From: Bacteroidales bacterium
Lineage (GTDB): Bacteria; Bacteroidota; Bacteroidia; Bacteroidales; Paludibacteraceae
Assembly (NCBI GenBank): GCA_038249445.1
Contig: JBBSDM010000006.1
Location: 16,293 to 80,292, forward strand
Direction: 5' to 3'
DNA: 64,000 bases
The notes under the pieces were generated by a model. It worked only from the letters and a program-made list of their open reading frames with translations. It searched no databases and had not been told where the DNA came from. The position numbers and the translations under genes are program-made. The number at the start of each line of letters is the position of its first letter. The first letter of the stretch is position 1. This document shows, one piece after another, positions 9,286 through 19,467 of the stretch.

Positions 9286-9469
9286 TTCTCAATAGTGAGA
9301 ATGTTTGGTTTTGATCTACATTGTTAATTCTCATCAATAAGAATGTCCTGCTGACTGCTCTAAAGCACATTCACATTGATGAGAATATGTGCTTGATGCC
9401 TCAATAATTAATTCTCAATACAGAGAATGCTTGGTTGACCTATCGGAGGTTCTTTCTCACTATTGAGAA
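9286..9469. repeat. cluster of five short palindromic units (TTCTCA-N4-TGAGAA / ATTCTC-N6-GAGAAT) in nested inverted arrangement
   Basis: Units lie at 9286-9301, 9327-9345, 9375-9386, 9411-9428 and 9454-9469. Unit 1 (TTCTCAATAGTGAGAA) is the exact reverse complement of unit 5 (TTCTCACTATTGAGAA). ATTCTCATCAAT (9328-9339) is the exact reverse complement of ATTGATGAGAAT (9375-9386). GAGAATG(T/C)TTGGTT follows units 1 and 4. Confidence 0.7.
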
Positions 9470-9550
9470 TGCTTATTCGAATGCTCAGCAGGTGAATATT
9501 AAAGGTGCTGATTTGTCTTGTTGAATGGACTCTAAACCCCAAAACAGTAT

Positions 9551-10027
9551 ATGTCAATTGAAAAAACAAACGCTGCTCGACTGCTCGACAGGGCGAAGAT
9601 TCGGTACGAATTAATAGCCTACGAGGTGGATGAAAATAATTTGAGTGCAGTGCACGTAGCCGAACAATTAAACGAACCAGTAAAAGCAGTTTTCAAAACG
9701 CTCGTGCTAAGAGGAGATAAAACTGACTTTTTTGTCTGTATCATTCCGGGTGCAGAGGAATTAGATTTGAAAAAAGCAGCGAAAATCTCGGGCAATAAAA
9801 GATGTGAAATGATTCCGATGAAAGATTTATTATCTATTACCGGATATATTCGTGGAGCTTGTTCGCCACTGGGGATGAAAAAACGATTCCCGACTTTTAT
9901 GCATGAGAGTTGCCAGAACTTAGAGAGAATTTATGTGAGTGCCGGCAAGCGAGGATTGCAACTGCATGTGACACCACAAGAACTTATTGCTGAAATAAAA
10001 GCTACTGTTGGTTTTTTGGTTATGTAG
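9551..10027 (+). CDS. ybaK: Cys-tRNA(Pro)/Cys-tRNA(Cys) deacylase, YbaK/EbsC family
   Basis: 158 aa. It begins …NAARLLDRAKIRYELIAYE… and contains …FKTLVLRGDK…GACSPLGMKK…, which is typical of the YbaK trans-editing domain. Confidence 0.85.
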   Translation: MSIEKTNAARLLDRAKIRYELIAYEVDENNLSAVHVAEQLNEPVKAVFKTLVLRGDKTDFFVCIIPGAEELDLKKAAKISGNKRCEMIPMKDLLSITGYIRGACSPLGMKKRFPTFMHESCQNLERIYVSAGKRGLQLHVTPQELIAEIKATVGFLVM

Positions 10028-10040
10028 CAGATATACAAAT

Positions 10041-10066
10041 AAAAAATCCCACTAGTGGGATTTTTT
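10041..10066. terminator. bidirectional terminator between ybaK and the SOD gene
   Basis: AAAAAATCCCACTAGTGGGATTTTTT is a perfect 26-nt palindrome, so a GC stem with a U-run forms on either strand. Confidence 0.7.
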
Positions 10067-10101
10067 ATTTGTGCCAATACAAAGTCGTGCGTCGTGGGAA
10101 T

Positions 10102-10776
10102 CTACGAGTTGATTAATCTTTCTACTTCTATCCAGTTTACCACATTCCAAAATGCTTTGATGTAAGCAGCACGTTTCGATTGGTACTTCAGGTAATAGGC
10201 ATGTTCCCACACATCCAGTGTTAGCACCGTTTTGCCTTTTACGTCGGCCGTGGGTAGCAACGGACTGTCCTGATTGGCGGTAGAGATAATGCGCAGTTTG
10301 CCCGATGGTTCTTTGATAAGCCATGCCCAACCAGAACCAAATCGCGAAGCTGCGGCTTTTTCAAATTCTATTTTAAAAGCATCCACACTTCCAAAATTTT
10401 CGGATAGTATTTTTTCTAACTGTGGCGTCATATTAGCAGTTCCGGCCGGTGCCATCATGGTCCAAAAGAGGCTGTGATTGTAAAACCCACCACCGTGATT
10501 GCGTACAGCGGTTTGAATGTCGGCAGGTAGTTCGTTGAGACCCTGAATTAATTCCACTACACTTTTTTTGTACAACTCTGGATATTTTTCAAGAGCCTTA
10601 TTCAGGTTGGTACAGTAACTGGCGTGGTGATTGTTGAAGTGAATATACATCGTTGTGCTATCGATATAAGGCTCCAACGCATTGTATTTGTAGGGAAGGG
10701 ATGCTTGTTTGAATTGTGCAAAACTACAAGTCGACACCGCAATAAGCAATAATAGAATTGATTTTAACCGCTTCAT
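10102..10776 (-). CDS. Fe/Mn-family superoxide dismutase with N-terminal signal peptide (exported)
   Basis: The signal peptide MKRLKSILLLLIAVSTCSFAQ is followed by LPYKYNALEPYID…HFNNHH…DVWEHAYYL, the Fe/Mn SOD signature. Confidence 0.9.
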   Translation of the reverse strand: MKRLKSILLLLIAVSTCSFAQFKQASLPYKYNALEPYIDSTTMYIHFNNHHASYCTNLNKALEKYPELYKKSVVELIQGLNELPADIQTAVRNHGGGFYNHSLFWTMMAPAGTANMTPQLEKILSENFGSVDAFKIEFEKAAASRFGSGWAWLIKEPSGKLRIISTANQDSPLLPTADVKGKTVLTLDVWEHAYYLKYQSKRAAYIKAFWNVVNWIEVERLINS

Positions 10777-10884
10777 GTTTTAATGTTTAAAGATGAATAC
10801 TAAATGAATTTTAGTTGTATAACAAGCCTTGAATTACTTTGTTTAGTTAGTGTTGGTTTTTAGAGCAATTAACTTGAAAGTACG

Positions 10885-10892
10885 CAAAAGTA
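10885..10892 (-). promoter_or_regulatory. candidate -7 box (TActTTTG on the minus strand) for the SOD gene
   Basis: Plus-strand CAAAAGTA is the reverse complement of TACTTTTG. It lies ~110 nt upstream of the SOD ATG. Confidence 0.35.
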
Positions 10893-11109
10893 CTTGGAAA
10901 GAGCTACTAACGACATGGAAACGGAGACGTTAAAAAGATGGTGGCGTATGTTTACCATCTTCTATTTTTGGGTAGGATTAAACTAATTGTATACAAAAAC
11001 ATTTTCTTTTAATTCTCTCCACATTTTTTCTTTCTTGTTGTACTTTTTTTGGAAATATCACGTTATTAATTTTGCCTTGAGTTATAGGTTCAGGATATAC
11101 AAATTTTCA

Positions 11110-11141
11110 TTTGGGTACCCCGTAAAAAAACCGTATATTTG
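11110..11141 (+). promoter_or_regulatory. candidate promoter for ruvA (-33 TTTG and -7 TAtaTTTG)
   Basis: TTTG at 11110-11113 and TATATTTG at 11134-11141 are 20 bp apart. They lie ~40 nt upstream of the ruvA ATG. Confidence 0.4.
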
Positions 11142-11182
11142 CGGGTTAAATTTAAGGATATAACTTTAATAGATTCAGATTA

Positions 11183-11773
11183 ATGATAGATTATATAAAA
11201 GGTGAAATAGCTGAGCTAACGCCTTCATACGTAGTGATAGAGCTTGGAGGCGTAGGCTATTTTATCAATATCACTTTGCCTACTTTTTCGTTTTTAGGCG
11301 ATCAGACTTCAGCAAAATTGTTTGTGTACGAAGCCATTCGTGAGGATGCGCACATATTGTATGGTTTTAGGTTGCAGGCAGAGCGTCAATTGTTTCTGTT
11401 ACTTATTTCTGTATCGGGTATTGGTGCCAACACGGCTCGCGTTATCATGTCGTCGTACACTGCGCAGGAGATTCAGGAAATGATTGCCACCAGCAATGTA
11501 GTAGCTTTGAACGCTATAAAAGGCATTGGAACAAAAACGGCACAACGCATAATAGTAGATTTGAAGGATAAAATAATTAAGAGCGTAGGTGGCGGTGAGT
11601 TCCCCAATATGGCTATAAATGCCCATGCCGAACAAAAAGAAGAAGCCATTTCTGCATTAGTGATGCTTGGTTTTGCTTCAGCCGCTTCGCAAAAAGTGGT
11701 AGATAAGATTTTAAATGAACAACCTGCATTAAAAGTGGAGCAACTGATTAAGTTAGCTCTGAAAATGTTGTAA
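11183..11773 (+). CDS. ruvA: Holliday junction branch migration protein RuvA
   Basis: MIDYIKGEI…LTPSYVVIELGGVGY… is followed by HhH motifs (SVSGIGANTA, IKGIGTKTAQRI). Length is 196 aa. Confidence 0.9.
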   Translation: MIDYIKGEIAELTPSYVVIELGGVGYFINITLPTFSFLGDQTSAKLFVYEAIREDAHILYGFRLQAERQLFLLLISVSGIGANTARVIMSSYTAQEIQEMIATSNVVALNAIKGIGTKTAQRIIVDLKDKIIKSVGGGEFPNMAINAHAEQKEEAISALVMLGFASAASQKVVDKILNEQPALKVEQLIKLALKML

Positions 11774-11848
11774 AATTTCTATGTCATAAAAACCTAATTC
11801 TGTAGACATTAACTGCATTTATTATAAAGTGTGCTCGTATTGAAATTT

Positions 11849-14800
11849 ATGAATTTTACAAAAAAACTACTTCCAATAGTATTCATTTGTGGCTTGGTTC
11901 TCAGTTCTGCTTACGCATTGGTAAGCCCTGTTAATCGTTACAATGTTGAGCCACCTGTGCCCGACAACGTTGTTGCCACATCCGATACAAGCAAAGCAAC
12001 CACTACTGCCTTCCCCATAAGAAAATACACGCAGGATACCTACGAAGAAGTAAATGCACAATATCCGATGGATGCTCCGCAACCGGCTAATGTAAAGTCT
12101 GGCTTCGAATATGATGCCCGCACGGGGAACTATGTTTTGCGCTCAAAGGTAGGCGAAACGGATATTTCCACCCCATTTACGATGACGCCAGAGGAATATC
12201 GTAATTTCTCAGCCAAAATGGATTTGCAACGGTATTGGAAAGAGAAAAATTCGAAAGCGCAGGTAAATAATGAAGATAAGTACTCCAAATCAGATATAAA
12301 ATTTAGTCTAGGCCCTGCCGATAAGGTTTTTGGCCCCGGTGGAATACAAATAAAAACACAAGGGTCGGCTGAGTTAGTGTTTGGATTTAAGAGCAATAAA
12401 ATCAATAATCCGGCACTTACCGAACGGATGCGAAAGTCAAATATCTTCGATTTCGACGAAAAAATTCAGCTGAATGTGACGGGTAATGTGGGCGATAAAT
12501 TGAATTTTGGGCTGAATTACAATACCGAATCCAGTTTTGATTTCGATCAAAAAATGGTGAAACTGGCTTACAAAGGCAAAGAGGATGATATTATAAAAAG
12601 CATCGAGGCTGGTAATGTGAGCATGCAACTGAACAGTTCGCTTATTTCGGGAAGTACTGCTCTTTTTGGCGTAAAAACCGAATTGCAGTTTGGGAAACTG
12701 AGCGTAACTGCGCTTGCATCGCAACAAGAATCGCAAACACAAACCGTGAGCTCAAAAGGGGGTACGCAAACAACTAAATTCGATATAGATGTCGACGCTT
12801 ACGATGAAAATAGGCATTTCTTTTTAGCACACTATTTTCGGGATAATTACCAGAATTCAATGAGTAAGTTGCCCTTGATTTCGTCGGGGATAACCATCAA
12901 AAGAGTGGAAGTTTGGGTTACAAACAAACGTGGAAACTATGATCAGGCAAGGAATATTGTGGCTTTTATGGACTTAGGTGAAACAAATCGGATTGACAAT
13001 AATCACTGGACTCCAATTGGAGCCGATAAATTGCCAAAGAATAAGGTCAATACACTTTACGATGAAGTTACATCCATTTCCGGTGTTCGCGATGTGCAAC
13101 AGGCAAATAATGTTTTAGCCACCAGCTTGGGTGTGTATGGAATTAATGGTGGCGAGGATTACGAAAAAATTGAGAGTGCCCGCAGGTTGGAATCTTCGGA
13201 ATATACGCTGAATCCGAGTTTGGGTTTTATCTCTTTGCGTAATACGCTGAACCCTGATGAAGTACTTGGGGTGGCTTATGAATATTCGTATGGCGGACAA
13301 GTGTATCAGGTAGGTGAATTTTCTACTGATAATGTTGCTGCTCCCAATGCATTAATGGTAAAGTTGTTGAAAGCCACTGCTCAATCGCCGCAGTTAGCTT
13401 TGTGGGATTTGATGATGAAAAACGTGTATAATCTGGGTGCAATAGAAATTCAACCCGATAATTTTAAATTGAATATTGTTTATCGTAACGACTCTATTGG
13501 TACCGATTTGCAATACCTGACCGAAGGGAATATAAAGAATGAATTACTGCTTCGGGTGATGAACCTCGACCGTTTGGACTCAAAAAATAATCTGAATAGA
13601 GATGGAAAATTTGACTTTGTGGAAGGATATACTACACTTTCGTCATCAGGGCGTATCGTTTTTCCTGTTTTGGAACCCTTTGGTAAGCATCTTAGCGATA
13701 AAATTGGAAATCCAACCATAGCCAATAGATATATATATCAGGAATTGTATGACTCTACGCTGATTGTGGCTCAAAGTTATAGTCAGAAAAAGAAGTTCCG
13801 TTTGGTAGGCGAGTACAAAGGTACCAGTGGTGCTACTTCCGAAATACGCTTGAATGCAATGAATGTGCCGCGCGGGTCGGTAACGGTTACCGCCGGTGGA
13901 GTTGTTCTTGTTGAGAATAAAGACTATACCGTAGATTATACCATGGGTACTGTTTCCATTACCGATCAGGCTTTGATACAGTCCGGAACAAAGATTGATG
14001 TAAAACTCGAGAATCAATCCATGTTCAGTATGCAGCGGAAATCGTTGGTAGGTACGCATTTAGAATACAAGTTTAATAAGGATTTCAGCTTGGGTGGAAC
14101 AATTATGCACTTGTCGGAAATGCCGCTTACCACTAAAGTGAATACGGGTAGTGAGCCTATCTCCAATACCATTTGGGGGATGAACACTTCGTGGCGCACC
14201 GAGTCGCAATGGATTACCAATATGCTTGATAAACTACCGTTTGTAAATGCCACTAAGCCATCAACCATTGCGCTGAATGCTGAATTTGCACAGCTTATTC
14301 CCGGTCATTCCAGAGTGGTTAGTGCAGCAGGTCTAGCTTATCTCGATGACTTTGAATCGACTAAAACAACCATAGATATTCATTATCCGTTTAGCTGGTA
14401 TTTGGCCAGTACGCCTTTTAATCCTAGTGTTAATGCTTTATTCCCCGAAGCTGCAAAAAGCAATGATGTGGAATATGGTAAAAACAGAGCCTTGATGTCG
14501 TGGTTCTTAATCGACCCGATATTTAATTCAAATGTGACTTCCACACCACAATATTTAAGAACCGATGAGGCTCAATCTAATCATTTAACACGTACGGTGT
14601 TGGAACAAGAGATTTTTCCCAACCGACAAACACCGCAAGGCCAAACTTCGCGGATGACAGTGCTGAATCTATCCTATTATCCTACCGAACGTGGTCCTTA
14701 TAATTTGGATGTGGCGGGAATGAATGCTGATGGAACATTAGCCAATCCAAAAAGTCGTTGGGGTGGTATTATGCGCAAGTTGGATGCTAGCTCCAGCGAT

Positions 14801-17800
14801 TTTGAAACTGCGAATATTGAATACATCGAGTTTTGGATGATGGATCCATTTATTAACGATAAAACAAAAAGCGACAAGGGTGGTGATTTGTATTTCAATT
14901 TAGGTGATGCAAGCGAAGATATTTTGAAGGATGGAAAAAAATCATTCGAAAATGGACTTCCATTGGATGGCGAGCTTAGCAAAACCCAAGAAACGAAATG
15001 GGGCGTTGTTCCCAAAATTCAATCCACAGTTAGCGCGTTTGATAATGCTGCCGGTGCACGTAGAAATCAGGATGTCGGACTGGATGGACTTTCCACCGCC
15101 AATGAATTTCAGTTTTCTACCTATAAAGATTATGTGACGGGCATTAGTTCAAAATTATCACCCGATGCAAAACTACGATTTCAGAATGATTCGTTTTCGC
15201 CTCTAAATGACCCGGCCGGTGATAATTATCATTTCTATCGTGGAAGCGATTATGATGATGAAAAGCTTGATGTGTTGACGCGTTACAAACATTATAACGC
15301 CGTTGAAGGTAATTCGCCAGAAACAACGACCAATGATATTTACGGTTCGTCGGCTACTTCATTGCCCGATATGGAAGACATCAATCAGGACAATACTTTG
15401 AACGAATATGAAAAGTATTACCAATATCGCATTCGCATCAATAAAGATTCGTTGGTTATTGGAAATAACCATATTACCGATATTGTAACAACTGAAGTTA
15501 AGCTTAAAAATGGAAATACAGAACCAGTAAAATGGTATCAGTTTAAAATCCCGGTTCGCCAATACGACGAAAAGATAGGGAGTATTCGTAACTTTAAATC
15601 AATACGGTTTGTGAGAATGTTTCTTACCAATTTTGAAAAAGAAACGCATCTCCGTTTTGCAACTATGGATTTGGTGCGTGGTGAGTGGCGTAACTTTGAT
15701 AGGCCTCTTTATCCAGTCGGGACATTGCCTATATCCAATGGTAAATTAGATATTCAGGCGGTGAATATAGAGGAAAACGGTGATAAAACGCCGGTGAACT
15801 ACGTGCTACCTCCGGGTGTCTCGCGCGAAACAGACCCGGGTCAGCAGCAAATTTTACAACTCAATGAGCAAGCAATGGTTTTGAAAGTAACAGACCTTTC
15901 GCCTGGTGATGCTCGTGGAGTATATAAAAACACCAACTTCGATATGCGTCAGTACAAACGCTTACAGATGTTTGTACATGCCGAGAAATTTTTAAACGAT
16001 AATACAAATTTGCAAGATAATCAGTTGTCGTGCTTTATTCGTTTGGGATCGGATATGGTCAATAACTACTACGAGTATGAAATTCCATTGCGATTAACTC
16101 CAGCCGGAAAATATGAGGCTAACAATGATGCACATCGTGAACAAGTGTGGTACAAGGAGAATATGTTTGACTTCCCTTTCACCGCGCTGACCAATACCAA
16201 GCTAAAAAGAAATGTAGACAGGCAAAAAGGGACTGCAGGTGTTGGAAACACCATTCCGTATACGGTGAATGAAACGGATCCGGCAAAGCTGAAGAATAAA
16301 ATCACGGTAGTGGGTAATCCTTCTTTGTCGGAAGTGCAGACCATCATGATTGGTGTTCGAAGCGTAAAGGGCGAGGCGAGAGGTGATTTGAAATCCGGTG
16401 AAATTTGGGTGAATGAGTTGCGCATGTCCGAGTTTGACGAATCGGGAGGATGGGCTGCCATGGGTAATTTATCTATCGGATTATCGGATATTGGAAATGT
16501 AAACTTGTCGGGACGAACCGAATCTGCCGGGTTTGGTGGTATCGAAAGCAATGTTATGAACAGGCGACTAGATGATTTATATCAGATGAATTTCTCTACG
16601 GCATTAGAATTAGGTCGTTTCTTGCCCGAGAAAGCCAAAATTCAGATTCCAGCTTATTTCTCTTATTCAAATGAAACTTTATCACCCAAATACAATCCAC
16701 TCGATCAAGATATTGAACTGAAAGATGCGCTGGCAAGTATGGATAATAAGGCCGACCGTGATTCGTTGAAATCCATGACACAGTCTGTAGTAACCACCAA
16801 AAGTTTCAATATATCGGGAGCCCGCGTAAATATCAAGAGTAAAACACCTCAGTTTTACGACCCAGCCAATCTGTCGTTTAGTTACGCTTTTAATGAAACC
16901 AAGCAACACAGTCAGGATGTAGAAGAAAACCTGATTAAAGATCAGCGTGCAGCTATCGACTATAATTTTTCATTTAATCCTACGCCATGGGAGCCTTTTA
17001 AAAACGTCAAAGCACTGAGTAGTCCGGTATTGAAAATAGTAAAAGATTTTAATCTGAACTATTTGCCAACATCTTTGAGCATGAATACCAACATGAACAG
17101 GCAGTACTCGCAGGTAAAGCTACGCGATTTAAATGATGATGGCTCAATAATTGGTACAGGTCAACCGCTCGATATGACTTTCAGCCGTGACTTTATGTGG
17201 ACAAGGCGTTTTGACATCAAGTACGATTTAACTCGTTCGATGAAGTTTAGCTTTCAGTCGGCTATGAATTCAAACATTGCAGAACCATATAAAACACCGG
17301 AGGTCAACCCTGATTATTACAAGGAATGGCGTGACTCAGTTTGGTCTAATATCCGTAAATTGGGTACACCTTACATGTATCAACAGGTCTTCTCTGCCTC
17401 ATGGTCTTTGCCGCTTAATAAAATTCCTATTTTTGACTGGATAGTAACTAACGCTAGCTATAATTCTACTTACGATTGGAATAGAATGGCGAAAGTCTCG
17501 GGTAACAGTCAGTTGGGTAATATCGCTACCAGCATGGGAGCTTGGCAGGTCGATGGGAGCTTCAATTTTGAAAATCTGTACAATAAATCAAAATATCTGA
17601 AAGATGTAAATCGCCGGTTTGCATCGCAGTCGAATGCAAATAAACCAAAATTCCAATCGAGAACCTATAATCAGATGGTGCGGTTGGAGAAAGATAAGCC
17701 AATTACTATTAATCACCGTTTAGGTAGTGAAAAGTTTATTTTTAATGCAGTTGATAAGTTGGGTAAGCCAATGTTGCTGTCTTATAAGTCAAAAAATACT

Positions 17801-19348
17801 AGTTCGCTGGAAATAACACCCAAGATAGATGCCGATAGTGTTTTGCTTACGCTTGTTAGTCAGGATGCAAATGAACAATCAACAACCCGAAAGACTGTTG
17901 ATGTTGTAGCCCGAATGTTGATGATGGTGCGTCGTGTATCCCTTATTTATCGTGAGTCGAATAGTATGGTGCTACCAGGTTTCATCCCCGAGCCGGTCTT
18001 TCTAGGACAAGAGAAATATGGAAGTGCAGGTTCGCAGATGAATGCACCAGGATATGGTTTTGCTTTTGGATTTCAGGATAGAAATTTGCTTCAAAGAGCA
18101 TTGGATAATAACTGGTTAGTAAACGATACCAGTATTGTAAATCCTGCTACCACTGCCTTTACTTCCGATCTTGATTTCAAGGCTACACTTGAACCTCTAC
18201 CTGGATTTAAAATTGATGTGAGTGCAAAGCGGTATACAGCAGATAATACAACCATTCAGTATATGTTTGATGGAATGCCATCGACCTTTACCGGTAGTTA
18301 CAATATTACTCTGGTGGCACTCTCTACAGCTTTTAAGCCAATGGGAACTGCAAACCAAAATTATAATTCGGAAGTTTTCAACACCTTTTTGGCAAATCGT
18401 AAGATCATACAAAATAGATTGAATAGACAATATGCGGGTACACGTTATCCAAACAACGGCTTTTTTAAAGATATTCCTTCTGTTGCAGGAAAAGATTTTG
18501 GATCGGTTGCTAATGCAAATTCGGCTTACTCCGAAAATTCAGCAGACGTTTTAATTCCTGCTTTTCTGGCGGCTTATACCGGACGAGATGCTAACTCGAT
18601 GAGTACAAATCCATTCCTTTCGCTGTTGAGTATTTTGCCCAACTGGCGTGTTAGTTACGATGGTTTATCGCGTTTACCGTGGGTTAAAAATCATTTTCGA
18701 TCGGTGAGCCTGACACATGCTTACACTTGTCGATACAGCGTAGGTGCTTACACTTCATTCTCAACCTGGGTGGGGATGGATGGCGATAACAGTGCGCTTG
18801 GCTATGTGCGAGATGTGCAGACAAACAATCCGATCATGTCATCACCATACGATATTTCATCAGTCTCGTTGACAGAACAATTTAGTCCGCTAATTGGTGT
18901 AAATGTGGCTATGAACAATAGCATGACCGGAAAGATGGAATTGCGGAAGCAGCGTAACTTGGCACTCAATCTGTCAAGTACGCAACTGGTTGAAGCAGCG
19001 AGCGATGAATATGTGGTTGGGCTCGGTTATGTTATTAAGGACTTTGATGTTATCCTGAAACTGAAAAACGATAAGCAAACTACCATAAAAAACGATTTGA
19101 AACTAAGTGCAGATTTATCTTACAAAGACATTAAAACACTTTTGCGAAAAATTGATAGTAATCTAACTCAAGCTTCGAATGGTAATAAGTTGTTTACGCT
19201 TAAAGTGATAGCCGACTATGTGTTTAGTTCAAAATTAAACATTCAATTATTTTATGATAAGCAAATGAGTTCACCGCTTATTTCTTCCTCATTCCCGGTA
19301 TCATCTACTAACTTTGGAGTTAGCTTTAAATTTATGTTGACACGCTAG
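11849..19348 (+). CDS. sprA: T9SS outer-membrane translocon SprA (cell surface protein SprA)
   Basis: About 2500 aa with a signal peptide after the ATG at 11849 (MNFTKKLLPIVFICGLVLSSAYA). The size, the beta-rich composition and the ruvA-sprA synteny are typical of SprA/Sov. The track start at 11831 is a GTG. Confidence 0.9.
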   Translation: MNFTKKLLPIVFICGLVLSSAYALVSPVNRYNVEPPVPDNVVATSDTSKATTTAFPIRKYTQDTYEEVNAQYPMDAPQPANVKSGFEYDARTGNYVLRSKVGETDISTPFTMTPEEYRNFSAKMDLQRYWKEKNSKAQVNNEDKYSKSDIKFSLGPADKVFGPGGIQIKTQGSAELVFGFKSNKINNPALTERMRKSNIFDFDEKIQLNVTGNVGDKLNFGLNYNTESSFDFDQKMVKLAYKGKEDDIIKSIEAGNVSMQLNSSLISGSTALFGVKTELQFGKLSVTALASQQESQTQTVSSKGGTQTTKFDIDVDAYDENRHFFLAHYFRDNYQNSMSKLPLISSGITIKRVEVWVTNKRGNYDQARNIVAFMDLGETNRIDNNHWTPIGADKLPKNKVNTLYDEVTSISGVRDVQQANNVLATSLGVYGINGGEDYEKIESARRLESSEYTLNPSLGFISLRNTLNPDEVLGVAYEYSYGGQVYQVGEFSTDNVAAPNALMVKLLKATAQSPQLALWDLMMKNVYNLGAIEIQPDNFKLNIVYRNDSIGTDLQYLTEGNIKNELLLRVMNLDRLDSKNNLNRDGKFDFVEGYTTLSSSGRIVFPVLEPFGKHLSDKIGNPTIANRYIYQELYDSTLIVAQSYSQKKKFRLVGEYKGTSGATSEIRLNAMNVPRGSVTVTAGGVVLVENKDYTVDYTMGTVSITDQALIQSGTKIDVKLENQSMFSMQRKSLVGTHLEYKFNKDFSLGGTIMHLSEMPLTTKVNTGSEPISNTIWGMNTSWRTESQWITNMLDKLPFVNATKPSTIALNAEFAQLIPGHSRVVSAAGLAYLDDFESTKTTIDIHYPFSWYLASTPFNPSVNALFPEAAKSNDVEYGKNRALMSWFLIDPIFNSNVTSTPQYLRTDEAQSNHLTRTVLEQEIFPNRQTPQGQTSRMTVLNLSYYPTERGPYNLDVAGMNADGTLANPKSRWGGIMRKLDASSSDFETANIEYIEFWMMDPFINDKTKSDKGGDLYFNLGDASEDILKDGKKSFENGLPLDGELSKTQETKWGVVPKIQSTVSAFDNAAGARRNQDVGLDGLSTANEFQFSTYKDYVTGISSKLSPDAKLRFQNDSFSPLNDPAGDNYHFYRGSDYDDEKLDVLTRYKHYNAVEGNSPETTTNDIYGSSATSLPDMEDINQDNTLNEYEKYYQYRIRINKDSLVIGNNHITDIVTTEVKLKNGNTEPVKWYQFKIPVRQYDEKIGSIRNFKSIRFVRMFLTNFEKETHLRFATMDLVRGEWRNFDRPLYPVGTLPISNGKLDIQAVNIEENGDKTPVNYVLPPGVSRETDPGQQQILQLNEQAMVLKVTDLSPGDARGVYKNTNFDMRQYKRLQMFVHAEKFLNDNTNLQDNQLSCFIRLGSDMVNNYYEYEIPLRLTPAGKYEANNDAHREQVWYKENMFDFPFTALTNTKLKRNVDRQKGTAGVGNTIPYTVNETDPAKLKNKITVVGNPSLSEVQTIMIGVRSVKGEARGDLKSGEIWVNELRMSEFDESGGWAAMGNLSIGLSDIGNVNLSGRTESAGFGGIESNVMNRRLDDLYQMNFSTALELGRFLPEKAKIQIPAYFSYSNETLSPKYNPLDQDIELKDALASMDNKADRDSLKSMTQSVVTTKSFNISGARVNIKSKTPQFYDPANLSFSYAFNETKQHSQDVEENLIKDQRAAIDYNFSFNPTPWEPFKNVKALSSPVLKIVKDFNLNYLPTSLSMNTNMNRQYSQVKLRDLNDDGSIIGTGQPLDMTFSRDFMWTRRFDIKYDLTRSMKFSFQSAMNSNIAEPYKTPEVNPDYYKEWRDSVWSNIRKLGTPYMYQQVFSASWSLPLNKIPIFDWIVTNASYNSTYDWNRMAKVSGNSQLGNIATSMGAWQVDGSFNFENLYNKSKYLKDVNRRFASQSNANKPKFQSRTYNQMVRLEKDKPITINHRLGSEKFIFNAVDKLGKPMLLSYKSKNTSSLEITPKIDADSVLLTLVSQDANEQSTTRKTVDVVARMLMMVRRVSLIYRESNSMVLPGFIPEPVFLGQEKYGSAGSQMNAPGYGFAFGFQDRNLLQRALDNNWLVNDTSIVNPATTAFTSDLDFKATLEPLPGFKIDVSAKRYTADNTTIQYMFDGMPSTFTGSYNITLVALSTAFKPMGTANQNYNSEVFNTFLANRKIIQNRLNRQYAGTRYPNNGFFKDIPSVAGKDFGSVANANSAYSENSADVLIPAFLAAYTGRDANSMSTNPFLSLLSILPNWRVSYDGLSRLPWVKNHFRSVSLTHAYTCRYSVGAYTSFSTWVGMDGDNSALGYVRDVQTNNPIMSSPYDISSVSLTEQFSPLIGVNVAMNNSMTGKMELRKQRNLALNLSSTQLVEAASDEYVVGLGYVIKDFDVILKLKNDKQTTIKNDLKLSADLSYKDIKTLLRKIDSNLTQASNGNKLFTLKVIADYVFSSKLNIQLFYDKQMSSPLISSSFPVSSTNFGVSFKFMLTR

Positions 19349-19467
19349 ACCATTTTAAGTACCTGTTTTGTTCAAACGATAGCTGTTCTTAATCAACTGA
19401 TTCAAGTTGTTTTCGTACATTTTGTCTTGAAATATAAATAGAGATGCAACTATATCTGCCATTCTGC

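Noticed and set aside
9286-9469. The possibility that the repeated palindromes are a small CRISPR array.
   Set aside because: The units are only 16-19 bp. They differ in sequence and orientation, with exact reverse-complement pairs. Spacing is irregular and no cas genes are present. The architecture is nested-inverted rather than direct repeat-spacer.
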